A stretch of 64,000 bases of DNA from Longimicrobiales bacterium (GTDB lineage: Bacteria; Gemmatimonadota; Gemmatimonadetes; Longimicrobiales; Gaopeijiaceae): NCBI GenBank assembly GCA_965198065.1, contig CBDAON010000004.1, positions 2,464,001 through 2,528,000 on the forward strand, written 5' to 3'. This document shows positions 10,102-20,105 of the stretch, one piece after another. The notes beneath the pieces are model-generated. The model saw nothing but the letters and a program-made list of their open reading frames with translations. It was not told where the DNA came from and did no database searches. How positions within the stretch are numbered: position 1 is the first letter of the stretch; each line of letters starts with the position of its first letter. The translations under genes and the position numbers were made by a program.

Positions 10102-10878
10102 GTGACGCCCTGGGTTCGCCGGCTCCTCATCGCCAACGTAGCGGTCTTCGTCGTCGCGCCGCCCCCGCTCGGCGTCCTGGGGCTGATCCCCGAAGGGCTG
10201 GCGGAGTTGCTGGTCCTGGTCCCCGCACGAGCTCCCACGCGGCCCTGGACGGTTCTCACGTACCAGTTCGTCCACGTGGGCTTCTTGCACCTCATCTTCA
10301 ATATGATCGGGCTTTTCTTCTTCGGGCCCCGCCTCGAAGAGAGGGTCGGAAGCCGGCACTTCTTCGCCCTCTACCTGGTTAGCGGGGCGTTCGGGGCGCT
10401 CTTCTCGGTCGTCACGCCGAACGTGGCCATCGTTGGGGCGTCCGGCGCCGTCTTCGGGGTTCTCCTGGGGTTCGCAAGGTACTGGCCGCGTGAGCGGATC
10501 CTGATCTATGGAATCTTCCCGGTCCAAGCCCGGATCCTGGTGATCATCCTCGCGGTGGCCTCCATCTGGTTGGGGGTCAGCGGCGGAGGGAACGTCGCCC
10601 ACTTTGCCCACTTAGGAGGCTTCGTCGGCGGGTGGTCGTACCTGAAGCTCCTCGAGTGGAACTCCCCGGCGCGAAAGTTCCGACAGAAGGTCGAGGCCGT
10701 GGTCCCCCCCCGTCCCGGAGCGAGGGATCTGAAGCGGTGGGAGGAAGTCGATCGGGAGCGCCTCCACCCCCTGAACCGGGAAGAGTACGATCGGGTGCTG
10801 GAGAAAGCCCGTGCCCTCGGGCCACCATCGCTGACCTTCCAGGAGCGGGCCTTCCTCGAACGCTTCACCCAGGACTAG
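10102..10878 (+). CDS. Rhomboid family intramembrane serine protease
   Basis: TPWVRRLLIAN, HLIFNM, catalytic GASG and AHFAHLGG, plus a soluble C-terminal tail. Confidence 0.93.
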   Translation: MTPWVRRLLIANVAVFVVAPPPLGVLGLIPEGLAELLVLVPARAPTRPWTVLTYQFVHVGFLHLIFNMIGLFFFGPRLEERVGSRHFFALYLVSGAFGALFSVVTPNVAIVGASGAVFGVLLGFARYWPRERILIYGIFPVQARILVIILAVASIWLGVSGGGNVAHFAHLGGFVGGWSYLKLLEWNSPARKFRQKVEAVVPPRPGARDLKRWEEVDRERLHPLNREEYDRVLEKARALGPPSLTFQERAFLERFTQD

Positions 10879-10945
10879 CCGGTCACAGAGAGAGAGGGAA
10901 GAGCCGCTGGGCGCGACCGACCCCGGGGCGCACCCCGCCGGGTTC

Positions 10946-11320
10946 TTACTCGAGGTTGGGTGGCTTCCGGAGCCTCTTGGTGGCGCTCTGCCGATGTTTC
11001 TCCTCCAGGCGCCTCTGCTTTTCGGAGGCAGAGGGCGTTGTCGGGATTCGCTTTGGGGGCCTGGCCCGACGCTGCGTGAGCCGCCCGCGGAGGCGCTCCA
11101 GGGCGAGGGCGCGGTTCCGGTGCTGGCTTCGCTCATCCCTGGCGATGACCACGATCCCGGTCGGGCCGTGGGTGAGGCGAACACCCGATTCCGTCCTGTT
11201 CTGGTGCTGGCCGCCCTTGCCCCCGGCGCGGAAGGTATCCACCCGGCACTCCGCGAGGAGCTCCTCGTCCGACTCGGGGACGAGCTCCGACTCCGGTCCG
11301 GACGCCGGACGGCGTGTCAC
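10946..11320 (-). CDS. Release-factor-like peptidyl-tRNA hydrolase (ArfB-like)
   Basis: GGKGGQHQN (GGQ motif), VRLTH, ERSQHRN, basic C-terminal tail. Confidence 0.85.
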   Translation of the reverse strand: MTRRPASGPESELVPESDEELLAECRVDTFRAGGKGGQHQNRTESGVRLTHGPTGIVVIARDERSQHRNRALALERLRGRLTQRRARPPKRIPTTPSASEKQRRLEEKHRQSATKRLRKPPNLE

Positions 11321-12468
11321 GTGGCGGGTTCGCTCACCGCCTCGCGGATCAGGACGAGGATCGCGTCAGACTCGCCGCCACCACCCGGCACCGAGAAAAG
11401 GGTCGCCTGCCCGGCCCGGGGACCGAGCCCCCGACCCTCGGGCGGCAGACGCACGTCGCTCGAGACGGACCCCTGTGCGTGGCTCGTGACCGCCTCCACG
11501 GCTGCGGCGATCCGGACTCCGTCCTCGGGCTCGAAGAGATCCCACAGGCTCGTACCCTGGGCCTGCCGGGAATCGGTGCCGAGAAACGAGAGGGCAGCTC
11601 GGTTCGCGTCCACCACCCGGCCCCCGACGTCCGCGAACAGGACCCCAAGGGACTGGGAGTCCCGAAGAGCGCGAAAGGCTGCGGCTTCCGCAGCCGTCTC
11701 CCGCGCCGGCCGGTCCGACGACACGTCCTCGACGGTTCCCTCCACGTATTCGATGACGCCCGAGGGCCCCCGATGGGCGCGCGCCGTGTTGCGGATCCGG
11801 ATGGCCCGGCCGCTGGATGTCCGGAGCCCGCTCTCGAATCCGAGGACCACTCCGTGCTCCCGCAGGAGGTCGAGGAAGCGCTCCCGATCCCTGGGCGAGA
11901 CGAAGAAGTTTCGGGCATGCACCTGTCCGAGCATTTCCTTCGGGGGGAACTCGAGCGCTCGGATCAAGGCCGGGTTCGCCTCGATGTACTCGCCCTCTTC
12001 CGTGACCCGGTAGAGGCCCAGGGGGAGGTGGTCGAACATTCCCCGGTGCCGCTCCTCGCTCTGTCGAAGGGCTTCCTGCGCCCGATGGCGCTCCACCGCG
12101 TAGCGAAGCGATCGTTCCAGGGCCTCGGCGTCCCCGGTCCCCTTCACGAGATAGTCCGCCGCCCCCGACTTCATCGCCTGGAGGTCCACGTCCCGGCTTC
12201 CCTTGCCGGTGAGCAGGATGATCGGCGTACGGATGGCCTGGGAGCGAGCCTGCTCGAGAAGGTCCACCCCGGTGCCCCGGTCCAGGAAGTAGTCCAGGAG
12301 ACAGACGTCGTGCCGGCGCTCGGCCAGGAGCTTCAGCCCCTGATCGAACGTGGAGGCCCACTCCACCTCGGGGATCGGCCCGTCGAGCTGACCCAGCAGG
12401 GCCTGGGTCATGAGGAAGTCGGACTCCTCGTCGTCGATCAGCAGGACCCGAAGGGTGGACCGGTTCAT
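11317..12468 (-). CDS. Response regulator with REC and two PAS domains
   Basis: VLLIDD, LLDY phosphoacceptor, LLTG, ADYLVK; PAS signatures IEANPA and VDANRA; no kinase or output domain. Confidence 0.85.
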   Translation of the reverse strand: MNRSTLRVLLIDDEESDFLMTQALLGQLDGPIPEVEWASTFDQGLKLLAERRHDVCLLDYFLDRGTGVDLLEQARSQAIRTPIILLTGKGSRDVDLQAMKSGAADYLVKGTGDAEALERSLRYAVERHRAQEALRQSEERHRGMFDHLPLGLYRVTEEGEYIEANPALIRALEFPPKEMLGQVHARNFFVSPRDRERFLDLLREHGVVLGFESGLRTSSGRAIRIRNTARAHRGPSGVIEYVEGTVEDVSSDRPARETAAEAAAFRALRDSQSLGVLFADVGGRVVDANRAALSFLGTDSRQAQGTSLWDLFEPEDGVRIAAAVEAVTSHAQGSVSSDVRLPPEGRGLGPRAGQATLFSVPGGGGESDAILVLIREAVSEPAT

Positions 12469-12697
12469 GGCAGGACCGCTGGGGATTCGTGGGCCGAGCG
12501 CGGTTCTCCCGAAGGTAGAGGAAGCCCTCGCGGGGGGAAAGCCTCTTAGGGCACGCTTTTACGGCCGGGGAAACAGTGGCTCGGCCCGTTTGCCCGCGTT
12601 AGCTTCGCCCGGTCGTACGTGGGGGCCGGCGAACGACCGGTCGCCAGCGAGTGCGCAAGGAGACCGGGTGAGGGGCGGCGCGAGGCGCGAGGGGAGG

Positions 12698-13804
12698 ATG
12701 GCGAGGAAGCTCACGGAAAGACTCGCGGCGCAGGGCGATTGGGGGCCTGGTGCCCGATTCCTAATGGTGCTGGCCAGCGCGGTCGTGGTCGTCGCCGGCC
12801 TCCGGGCGGGAGCTCCGATCCTGCTCCCCACGGCCATCGCGATGTTCCTGGCCATCCTCTCGGTTCCCATCATGCTCTGGCTCCAACGGCGGCGCGTGCC
12901 GGCCGCGCTCGCGATCGTCCTGACCCTGCTCGTGGTTGTGACGATCTTCGGGGGAATGGTGCTCCTCGCCAGCCGGTCCGTGGCCGAGTTCCAGAGCGCC
13001 CTGCCGGACTACGTCGCCTTCTTCCAGCTGCGCTTCGACGGGTTTCTGAGCGCGCTCGAGGCCCGCGGCATTCCGGCGCGCGAATACCTATCGGCCGAGG
13101 CGGTGAGCAGCCAGGCGCTCACGAACTTCGTGCAGGGGATGTTCGGCCGCGTGGCCACGTTCTTGTCCACGACGCTGATCGTCTTCTTCCTGCTTCTCTT
13201 CATGCTCGCGGAGGCGTCGGTCTTTCCGCGGAAGTTCCGGGCGGTCCTGGGCGACGAGGCCGGTGACCTGAGCCGCTTCTCCAAGATCACGAACGAGGTC
13301 TTCGAGTATCTCGTCATCAAGACCCTGATCAGCCTCGCCACCGGCATCTGCATCGGGTTCTGGGCCTGGATCATGCGCCTCGAGTTTCCGATTCTCCTCG
13401 GGCTGGTGGGATTCCTAATGAACTACGTGCCGACGATCGGGTCGATGATCGCGGCGATCCCGGCGATCCTGCTGGCCCTCCTCCAGCAGGGGACCCTGGG
13501 GGTCGCGCTGTTCGTAGCGATCGGGTACGTGGTGATCAACGTGGTCTTCGGGAACCTGCTCGAGCCGTACATCCAGGGGCGTCGACTGGGGCTCTCGACC
13601 CTCGTCGTCCTCCTCTCCCTTATCTTCTGGGCGTGGGCCTGGGGACCGATCGGGGCCCTCCTGGCCGTTCCACTCACGATGGTCGTGAAGATCATGATCG
13701 AGAACACCCGCGACCTGAGGTGGGTCGCCATCCTGTTGGACAAAGAGCCGCCGCCGCTAACCGCCACGGGGCCGGCCGCGATTGACCGGGACGAGGGCGT
13801 GTGA
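12698..13804 (+). CDS. AI-2E family transporter
   Basis: Multi-TM; NYVPTIGS, GNLLEP, WAWAWGPIGALLAVPLT; SD GGAGG. Confidence 0.9.
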   Translation: MARKLTERLAAQGDWGPGARFLMVLASAVVVVAGLRAGAPILLPTAIAMFLAILSVPIMLWLQRRRVPAALAIVLTLLVVVTIFGGMVLLASRSVAEFQSALPDYVAFFQLRFDGFLSALEARGIPAREYLSAEAVSSQALTNFVQGMFGRVATFLSTTLIVFFLLLFMLAEASVFPRKFRAVLGDEAGDLSRFSKITNEVFEYLVIKTLISLATGICIGFWAWIMRLEFPILLGLVGFLMNYVPTIGSMIAAIPAILLALLQQGTLGVALFVAIGYVVINVVFGNLLEPYIQGRRLGLSTLVVLLSLIFWAWAWGPIGALLAVPLTMVVKIMIENTRDLRWVAILLDKEPPPLTATGPAAIDRDEGV

Positions 13805-14310
13805 GAGCGGAGATCGCCGGCGAGGCATTCCCCCACCTGCCCGATGCGGCGCGCCTTTGGACGTTCGGGGTCAGCCGCCCGCTCGAGCCCCGAGAGGAGG
13901 ATCGCCTACTCGCGGTCGTGGATGCGTTCCTCGAGGGGTGGAGGGCCCACGGGCATCCGCTTGCCGCGGCCCGGGAGTGGCGTTACGGCCGCTTTCTCCT
14001 CGTCGGCGTGGACGACTCCGTCACGCCCCCCTCCGGCTGCTCCATCGATGCCCTGGTCCGGGCGCTCGGCGAGATCGAGGAGGAGCTGGGGCTCGAGATC
14101 GTCGGAAGCGCCCCGATCTGGTACTGGGATCAGGGCGAGCTCCGCCGAGTCTCACGCGCGGCGTTCCGGGAGGCGGCGGCCCGCGGGACGGTGACTGGGG
14201 ACATGGTTGTGTTCGACCCGTCCGTGACTCGGGTGGGGGAGCTCAGGGCGGGGAAGTGGGAGCTCCCGGCCGATCGGAGCTGGCACCGGCGATACCTCCC
14301 GAACCGGTAA
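13801..14310 (+). CDS. Conserved hypothetical protein (SGCSID-motif family)
   Basis: LPDAARLW, WRAHGHPL, PSGCSIDAL, SWH motifs; coupled to the AI-2E gene by a GTGA overlap. Confidence 0.7.
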   Translation: MRAEIAGEAFPHLPDAARLWTFGVSRPLEPREEDRLLAVVDAFLEGWRAHGHPLAAAREWRYGRFLLVGVDDSVTPPSGCSIDALVRALGEIEEELGLEIVGSAPIWYWDQGELRRVSRAAFREAAARGTVTGDMVVFDPSVTRVGELRAGKWELPADRSWHRRYLPNR

Positions 14311-14383
14311 CCTCGGCCGCGCCGCCCGGGTCCGATGGGCCCCAGTGGCCCTCCCCCTCTTCTTCCGCCCGCTACGGCCCTGC

Positions 14384-15397
14384 TCAGCGGCTGGCCAGCA
14401 CCTCTTCCAGATACCTCGCGGCTTCGCTCTCGGCCCAGAACCACTTCATGCCGGGTTGACCCGAGACGAATCCCACGTGCCCGCCGTGCCGCGGGAGGGC
14501 AGCGACGATCCACGGATTCCGCTCGATCGCTGTCCGAGGGATCGACTCGGGCGGCAGGAACGGGTCGTCCATCGCGTGGAGGACGAGGGTCGGTACCCGA
14601 ACCCTCTCCACGACGGGTCCCGAAGATGCCTCGCGGTAGTACTCGTCCGCTCCGCCGAATCCGTGGAGAGGCGCCGTCGCCACCTCGTCGAACTCCCGGA
14701 GCGTACCGGCGGAGAGGACCCGGTCCAGGTCCAGGATCGGGTCCAGCACCTTGCGCTTCGCCCGGATCTTTCGCTTGAGGGACTCGAGGAAGTACCGCGC
14801 GTATAGCCGCCCCATCGGAGTTCCCTCGAGCATGCCGCTCCCGGCCGCAAGGTCGAACGGTACCGAGATCGCGGCGGCCCCGGCCAGGTGTCCGGGGACC
14901 GCGGCTTCCCTCTCGCCCAGGAATCGGAGCAGCACGTTTCCGCCGAGGGAGAAGCCGATCGCTCCGATCGCCCGGCCCGGGAACCGGGCGTGCAGGTAGT
15001 CCAGGACGAGGGCCAGATCCGCCGTGTCCCCCGAGTGATAGAAGCGCGGCAGGCGGTTCATCTCGCCGGAGCACCCGCGGAAGTTCATACCGACCGGGCG
15101 GAGGCCCCGCCGGGCGACCTCGGACATGGCGAGACGCATGTACGCGCGGCCGGTAGACCCTTCCAGGCCATGGAGCACGAGGACGATCGGAGCGCCGGGG
15201 CGGGGGTCGGCCCCGAGGTCCAGATGGAGGAAGTCGCCGTCGGGCGTGTCGAAGTGGATCCGCTCCAACGGCGCGCGCGGACGGGGCCGAAGATAGCGTC
15301 CCCCCAGCGTCTGGAGGTGCGCTCCCGGAAGCCACCAGGCCGGTCGGAAACGCTTCGGCTGAAACCGCAGATGAGGTGAGTGCGGTGCGAGGGTCAC
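14384..15397 (-). CDS. YheT-family alpha/beta hydrolase
   Basis: HLQT, HGLEGS, FRGCSG, YHSGDT, nucleophile GFSLGG, DDPF, GGHVGF. Confidence 0.9.
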   Translation of the reverse strand: MTLAPHSPHLRFQPKRFRPAWWLPGAHLQTLGGRYLRPRPRAPLERIHFDTPDGDFLHLDLGADPRPGAPIVLVLHGLEGSTGRAYMRLAMSEVARRGLRPVGMNFRGCSGEMNRLPRFYHSGDTADLALVLDYLHARFPGRAIGAIGFSLGGNVLLRFLGEREAAVPGHLAGAAAISVPFDLAAGSGMLEGTPMGRLYARYFLESLKRKIRAKRKVLDPILDLDRVLSAGTLREFDEVATAPLHGFGGADEYYREASSGPVVERVRVPTLVLHAMDDPFLPPESIPRTAIERNPWIVAALPRHGGHVGFVSGQPGMKWFWAESEAARYLEEVLASR

Positions 15398-15547
15398 GCG
15401 GCGGATCGCGCTCGAGTCGACTCTGCAGTTAGGCAGGCGCTCCGGCTCCCCCGGAAAAGGGAGCGTCCCGCTTGTTAGCTTCCAGTGAATCCTCGAAGAT
15501 TAACCGTTTCGCTCCGAGGACGCCGCGAATCCACTTCCCGGAGGCTC

Positions 15548-17629
15548 ATGAGGCGCCCGACCCTCCCGCGCTCGCTGACGCCCGTCGCGCTCCTGCTGAC
15601 GCTCCTAGTCGGTGCGGGGTGCTGGTCCGCTGCCCGGATCCCCGTTCCCAGCCCCCAGCTCCCTCCGAGCGACGGGCTCCTCGGATCGCCGGCCCTTCAG
15701 GAGGTGGTGGACCTCCAGGTCCGCCGAGACGGCGGAGCGCTCGTCGAGCGGCTCTCCAGCCCGGACGCGGCGGTTCGTGCCCGCGCAGCCCTCGCGCTCG
15801 CTTCGGTTCAGGATCCCCTGGCGGAGGGAGCGCTCCAGCTCCTCCTGGACGACCCTGTGGTCACTGTCCGTGGGAACGCCGCTTTCGCCCTGGCCCAGAT
15901 CCCCGCCATGGACGGAGGCGCTGCCCTCTCGCTCGCGCTGGCCTCGGAGGACGATCCTGGAGTGCGAGACCGGCTCGTCTCGGCGATCGGCCGCAGGGGA
16001 GCGCCGGAGGCGGTCGTGTCTCTCGTTGGTGGAGAGCCGGATGCCCCGCACAGAGCGCTATGGACGCTCGCCCTCGCAGAAGGGGGGATCCGCGGTATCC
16101 GGGACGAAGCTCTCGTCGCGGCTCTCACCGATCGCATCCTCGACCCCGATCCCGAGGTTCGCTTCGCCGCGGGATACTACTTCGGCCGCGTCTCGACGGC
16201 GGGGCCGTGGATCGACCGGGCACCACTGGTCCGTGACGCACTGGACGGCTACCGGCCGGACGAGCCGACCGCCATGTACCTCGTGCTGGGGCTGGCCCGC
16301 GTCGGTGACCCCGCCTTGGACCGCGATCGACTTCTCCACTGGCTGGCGAACGGCGAGGACTGGCGGATCCGGGTGGGAGCGGCGGACGCCGTGGGGAATC
16401 CCCGGTGGCTGGAGGACCCGGTGGTCGTGAACGCCCTCTTCCAGGCGTTGGCGGATCCCGTCGAGCACGTCCGAGCCACTGCCGCCTCGGCCATCGGGAT
16501 CCTGATCTTCAGCTCGCCCGACGCTCGGGCGCGAGCCGCGGCGATGATGGACGGGCCGGCCGAGGAGTGGAGGACCCAGGCCTCGTTCGCTCAAGGCCTC
16601 GTGGCCGCGGGGCTCACCGACATGGTCCGCTCCTGGACCGAGCGGATGGCGGGCGTCCATCCCGTGGCCGCCCGCATGGGGATCGAGGCGCTTGCCGCGG
16701 CCGACGGCTCAGACGTGACCTCCAGGCTCTTCGACCTGGCGGGGCACCCCGAGCCCGAGGTTCGGGCCGCCGCTCTCCGGATCCTAGGTCAGCGCTGGCA
16801 GAGGGAGGGAGGCACCTCCGATACGCTCCAGCCCTATTTCGAGCTGTTCCGCGAGCGACTCGCGGACGAAGCCAACCTGCCCGCCGCGCGCGCCGCGGGG
16901 GTGCTGGCGAATCCCGCATTCGAGCGCTTTGGGTCGGCGGCGCTCGTTCAGAACACCTTCCTCCGACAACGGCCGGGAGGGGACCCGAACCGGCTGATTC
17001 CCCTGGTGGAAGCGATGGGCATGCCCTCGGTGCCGTTCCTCCGGGAGCTGCTCGACGACTCGGACTACCGGGTGCGACGGGGTGCCGCGCTCGCGCTCGA
17101 GCGACTCACGGGAGAACCCGTCGTCGCTGCCCTCGTGGCCGCTCCCGACCCGGAGCGCGAGATCGACTGGGATGCGCTCGCCCGACTGGGTGGGGCGCCC
17201 CGCTTGGAGGTGGAGACGGATCGCGGGACGATGGTGATCCGCCTCCTCGCCGAGCAGGCGCCCCTAACGGTCCAGAGCTTCGTGGAGGAGGTGGAAGCCG
17301 GGTTGCACGACGGCGTCTCGCTCCACCGCGTGGTCCCGAACTTCGTCGTCCAGGGCGGCGACTTCGGCATGGGGGACGGAACGGGCGGTCCCGGGTACGC
17401 GCTCAGGACCGAGATCACGTCTCTCTCGTTCCGCCGTGGGGTCCTCGGGATGGCCTCCAACGGCAAGGATACGGAGGGATCCCAATTCTTCGTGACGCAC
17501 TCCGATCAGCCTCACCTTGACGGCAGCTACACGGCCTTCGGTTGGCTCGAGAGCGGGGAGGAGGTGCTGGATCGGATCCAAGAGGGCGACTGGGTGGTCC
17601 GTATGCGAGTCCTTCCTACGGGATCCTGA
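15548..17629 (+). CDS. HEAT-repeat lipoprotein with C-terminal cyclophilin PPIase domain
   Basis: Lipobox-like GAGC, repeated D(P)xVRxxAAxAL units, cyclophilin motifs HRVVPNFVVQGGD, GMA, GSQFFVT, HLDGSYTAFG. Confidence 0.9.
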   Translation: MRRPTLPRSLTPVALLLTLLVGAGCWSAARIPVPSPQLPPSDGLLGSPALQEVVDLQVRRDGGALVERLSSPDAAVRARAALALASVQDPLAEGALQLLLDDPVVTVRGNAAFALAQIPAMDGGAALSLALASEDDPGVRDRLVSAIGRRGAPEAVVSLVGGEPDAPHRALWTLALAEGGIRGIRDEALVAALTDRILDPDPEVRFAAGYYFGRVSTAGPWIDRAPLVRDALDGYRPDEPTAMYLVLGLARVGDPALDRDRLLHWLANGEDWRIRVGAADAVGNPRWLEDPVVVNALFQALADPVEHVRATAASAIGILIFSSPDARARAAAMMDGPAEEWRTQASFAQGLVAAGLTDMVRSWTERMAGVHPVAARMGIEALAAADGSDVTSRLFDLAGHPEPEVRAAALRILGQRWQREGGTSDTLQPYFELFRERLADEANLPAARAAGVLANPAFERFGSAALVQNTFLRQRPGGDPNRLIPLVEAMGMPSVPFLRELLDDSDYRVRRGAALALERLTGEPVVAALVAAPDPEREIDWDALARLGGAPRLEVETDRGTMVIRLLAEQAPLTVQSFVEEVEAGLHDGVSLHRVVPNFVVQGGDFGMGDGTGGPGYALRTEITSLSFRRGVLGMASNGKDTEGSQFFVTHSDQPHLDGSYTAFGWLESGEEVLDRIQEGDWVVRMRVLPTGS

Positions 17630-17752
17630 GTTCTCCACCATCGACTTGGCCCTCGATCGACGGGCCCGGTAGCGGCTCTTCTCGCCAGCGCGTCGTCTCT
17701 CCCCTGGGAGCCTCCGCACGCAAGGGAGAAACGGCCGTGCCCGATTCCGCCA

Positions 17753-17823
17753 TGTAAACACTGTTATAATGTTTTTCCGTTGGAGCACTTGATCTGGTCT
17801 GGAAGCGGTTTACACTGTTCACC
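17753..17823 (+). promoter_or_regulatory. Promoter and putative TetR operators of the efflux operon
   Basis: ACACTGTT repeated at 17758 and 17812 within imperfect palindromes; TATAAT at 17765; TTGATC-16-TACACT ending 7 nt before the ATG. Confidence 0.6.
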
Positions 17824-18477
17824 ATGTCCACGCCCCGGGATCGAATTCTGGTCAGCGCCGTCGACCTCTACATCGAGGACGGGTTCGACGGCTTCTCCAT
17901 GCGGAAGCTCGCCCGCTCGCTCGGCGTGACTGCCCCCTCCCTATATCGGCATTTTCAGGGGAAGGAGGAGCTTCTCCTCGAGGTCGTGAAGGAAGCCTAC
18001 AAGGTCATGGCCCAGTACCTCCACCGGGCCCTGGGGGGCGAAACCCCGGCGGAGCGATTCCGTATGGCCGGGGAGAGATGCCTGAGCTTTGCGCTCGAGC
18101 ACCCCCGGTATTACGAGATCCTGTACTCGTACGTCGAGCTGCTCGGCCTGGACGGGGTCCCCGTGGAGCTCCAGGAAGTTTGCAACGCGATTTACCAGTT
18201 CTGGCACGATCGGGTGCGGGAGTGCGTGGACGAGGGGCTACTCATGCCGGAAGAGGCGGCCGTCATCGGTCAGACCTTCTGGGGCCTCTCCCACGGCCTC
18301 ATCTCACTCTATCACCAGAAGATGCTGAGGCTCACGGAAGGAGAGTTCCGGCAGATGTACGTCCGGTCGATGGGCCATCTGCTAGGTGGCGTAGGCACGG
18401 AGCGGTGGAGGGCGGCCCGGCAACCGGGCGCGAACGGAATGGGTGGAGGTGGGGATGAACAGAGAGGAGAAGCGTAG
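17824..18477 (+). CDS. TetR/AcrR family transcriptional regulator
   Basis: HTH FSMRKLARSLGVTAPSLYRHFQGKEELL; WGLSHG motif. Confidence 0.93.
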   Translation: MSTPRDRILVSAVDLYIEDGFDGFSMRKLARSLGVTAPSLYRHFQGKEELLLEVVKEAYKVMAQYLHRALGGETPAERFRMAGERCLSFALEHPRYYEILYSYVELLGLDGVPVELQEVCNAIYQFWHDRVRECVDEGLLMPEEAAVIGQTFWGLSHGLISLYHQKMLRLTEGEFRQMYVRSMGHLLGGVGTERWRAARQPGANGMGGGGDEQRGEA

Positions 18478-18478
18478 G

Positions 18479-20029
18479 ATGGCGCCTTTGGCGAAGAGAG
18501 AGGGTAGCCGAGTGAACGACACGATCCGAATTCTACCGACCATGGGCGGCTCGCTTCAGAGGTCCCGGGGATCCCGGGCCTCGTGGCTCCCGGTCCTCAT
18601 TGCTCTTGCCGTCCCGGGTGGGCTCTTCGGCCAGGAGGGCCCGGCGGCGGGGACGCCCCCTATCTCGCTCGCGCTCGACGGCGCGATCGACATGGCCCTG
18701 CGGTCGAGTCGAGACCTCGAGATCGCGCGCCTCGGCCTTGAGGTAGCCGAGGAGCAGGTGTCGGAGGCGTGGGGCGAGGTCTATCCCACGATCGATCTCT
18801 CCACGACCTACAGCCGGAACCTCTCGCCGGCCGTGTCGTTCCTCCCCGCCCTCATCTTCGATCCGACGGCCTCGCCGGACGAGCTCATCCCGATCCAGTT
18901 CGGGGCCGACAACGTCTGGGCCAACAGCGTGTCGGTCGAGCAGCCGATCTTCCGGGCCAGCGCCTTTATCGGGGTGGGCGCGGCGGGCACGTTCCGGGCC
19001 TTCCAGGAGGAGGGGGTCCGAAGCGCTCTCCACCAGGTCGTGACCCGGGTCCGGGTGCTCTACTACGAGCTTCTCCTCGCGCAGGAGCAGGCACGCCTCA
19101 TCGATCGGTCGGTGCGGCGGGTCGTCCAGTCCCTCGAGGAAACCCGAGCCCTCAACCGGGCCGGGCTCGCGTCGGACTACGACGTCCTTCGCCTGGAGGT
19201 GGAGCTCGCGAACGTGGAGCCGCAGCTTCGCCTGGCCCAGAACCAGCTAGGTCGGACGGAGCGGCAGCTCGTGACCGAGCTGGACCTTCCAGCCGAAACC
19301 ACCGTCCAGGTGGAGGGATCTCTCGCCGAGATCGATCTCGAGCCGGGGGCGACGAACACCGAGGCCAACGCGCGCATCCTGAGCCTGGTCGGCGTGGAGG
19401 TTCCTGCTACGGTCACGATGGACGATCTGGACCGTCTCTACGAGGAGGCGCGCCTCACGAACGCCGGCGTCCGGCAGGCCGGTCTGAATGTCGAGCTCAG
19501 GAACACGGAGCTCCGGCTCGAGCAGGCCGAGTATCTGCCGCAGATAGCCTTGTTTGGGAGCTACGACATCCAGGCCCAGCAGAACGGGCGCGCAGACTTT
19601 TTCGGAGCGGGACGCGACCGGACGTATGGGCGGTCAGCAGGCCTCCGGGTCACCCTGCCAATCTTTTCCGGGCTCCAGCGAGCGGCCCGTGTGGACCAGA
19701 GACGGGTAGGGCTGCGCTCTGCGGAGGTGAGCCGGTCGCTCGCGGAGGACCATCTCCGGGACGACCTCCGGACGGTGCTCGAGGATGCGGACGAGGCCCG
19801 GCTCCGAGCCCAGAGCCAGCGTCTGGCGGTGGAGCAGGCGCGGCGGGGTTTCGAGATCGCGAGCGCGCAGTACCGGGAGGGATTGGGAAGCCAGCTGGAG
19901 CTGACGGACGCCGAGGTGGCGCTCCGCCAGAGTGAGTTCAACTACGCACAGGGGGTGTTCGATTACCTGTCCGCCCGCGCGCGGCTTGACGAGGCCGTGG
20001 GCGTCGTGCCGATGCCGACGGTGCCGTGA
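18479..20029 (+). CDS. TolC family outer membrane efflux protein
   Basis: Signal peptide, two OEP repeats (YYELLLA, GLASDYDVLR, YREGLGSQLEL); exact start uncertain. Confidence 0.9.
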   Translation: MAPLAKREGSRVNDTIRILPTMGGSLQRSRGSRASWLPVLIALAVPGGLFGQEGPAAGTPPISLALDGAIDMALRSSRDLEIARLGLEVAEEQVSEAWGEVYPTIDLSTTYSRNLSPAVSFLPALIFDPTASPDELIPIQFGADNVWANSVSVEQPIFRASAFIGVGAAGTFRAFQEEGVRSALHQVVTRVRVLYYELLLAQEQARLIDRSVRRVVQSLEETRALNRAGLASDYDVLRLEVELANVEPQLRLAQNQLGRTERQLVTELDLPAETTVQVEGSLAEIDLEPGATNTEANARILSLVGVEVPATVTMDDLDRLYEEARLTNAGVRQAGLNVELRNTELRLEQAEYLPQIALFGSYDIQAQQNGRADFFGAGRDRTYGRSAGLRVTLPIFSGLQRAARVDQRRVGLRSAEVSRSLAEDHLRDDLRTVLEDADEARLRAQSQRLAVEQARRGFEIASAQYREGLGSQLELTDAEVALRQSEFNYAQGVFDYLSARARLDEAVGVVPMPTVP

Positions 20030-20105
20030 TCGTGGGAAGCACGAGACCGTACGCCACGCGGACGGGTGCGATGGGACACCAGAACGCGAACTGGAGCTGA
20101 CTCGA

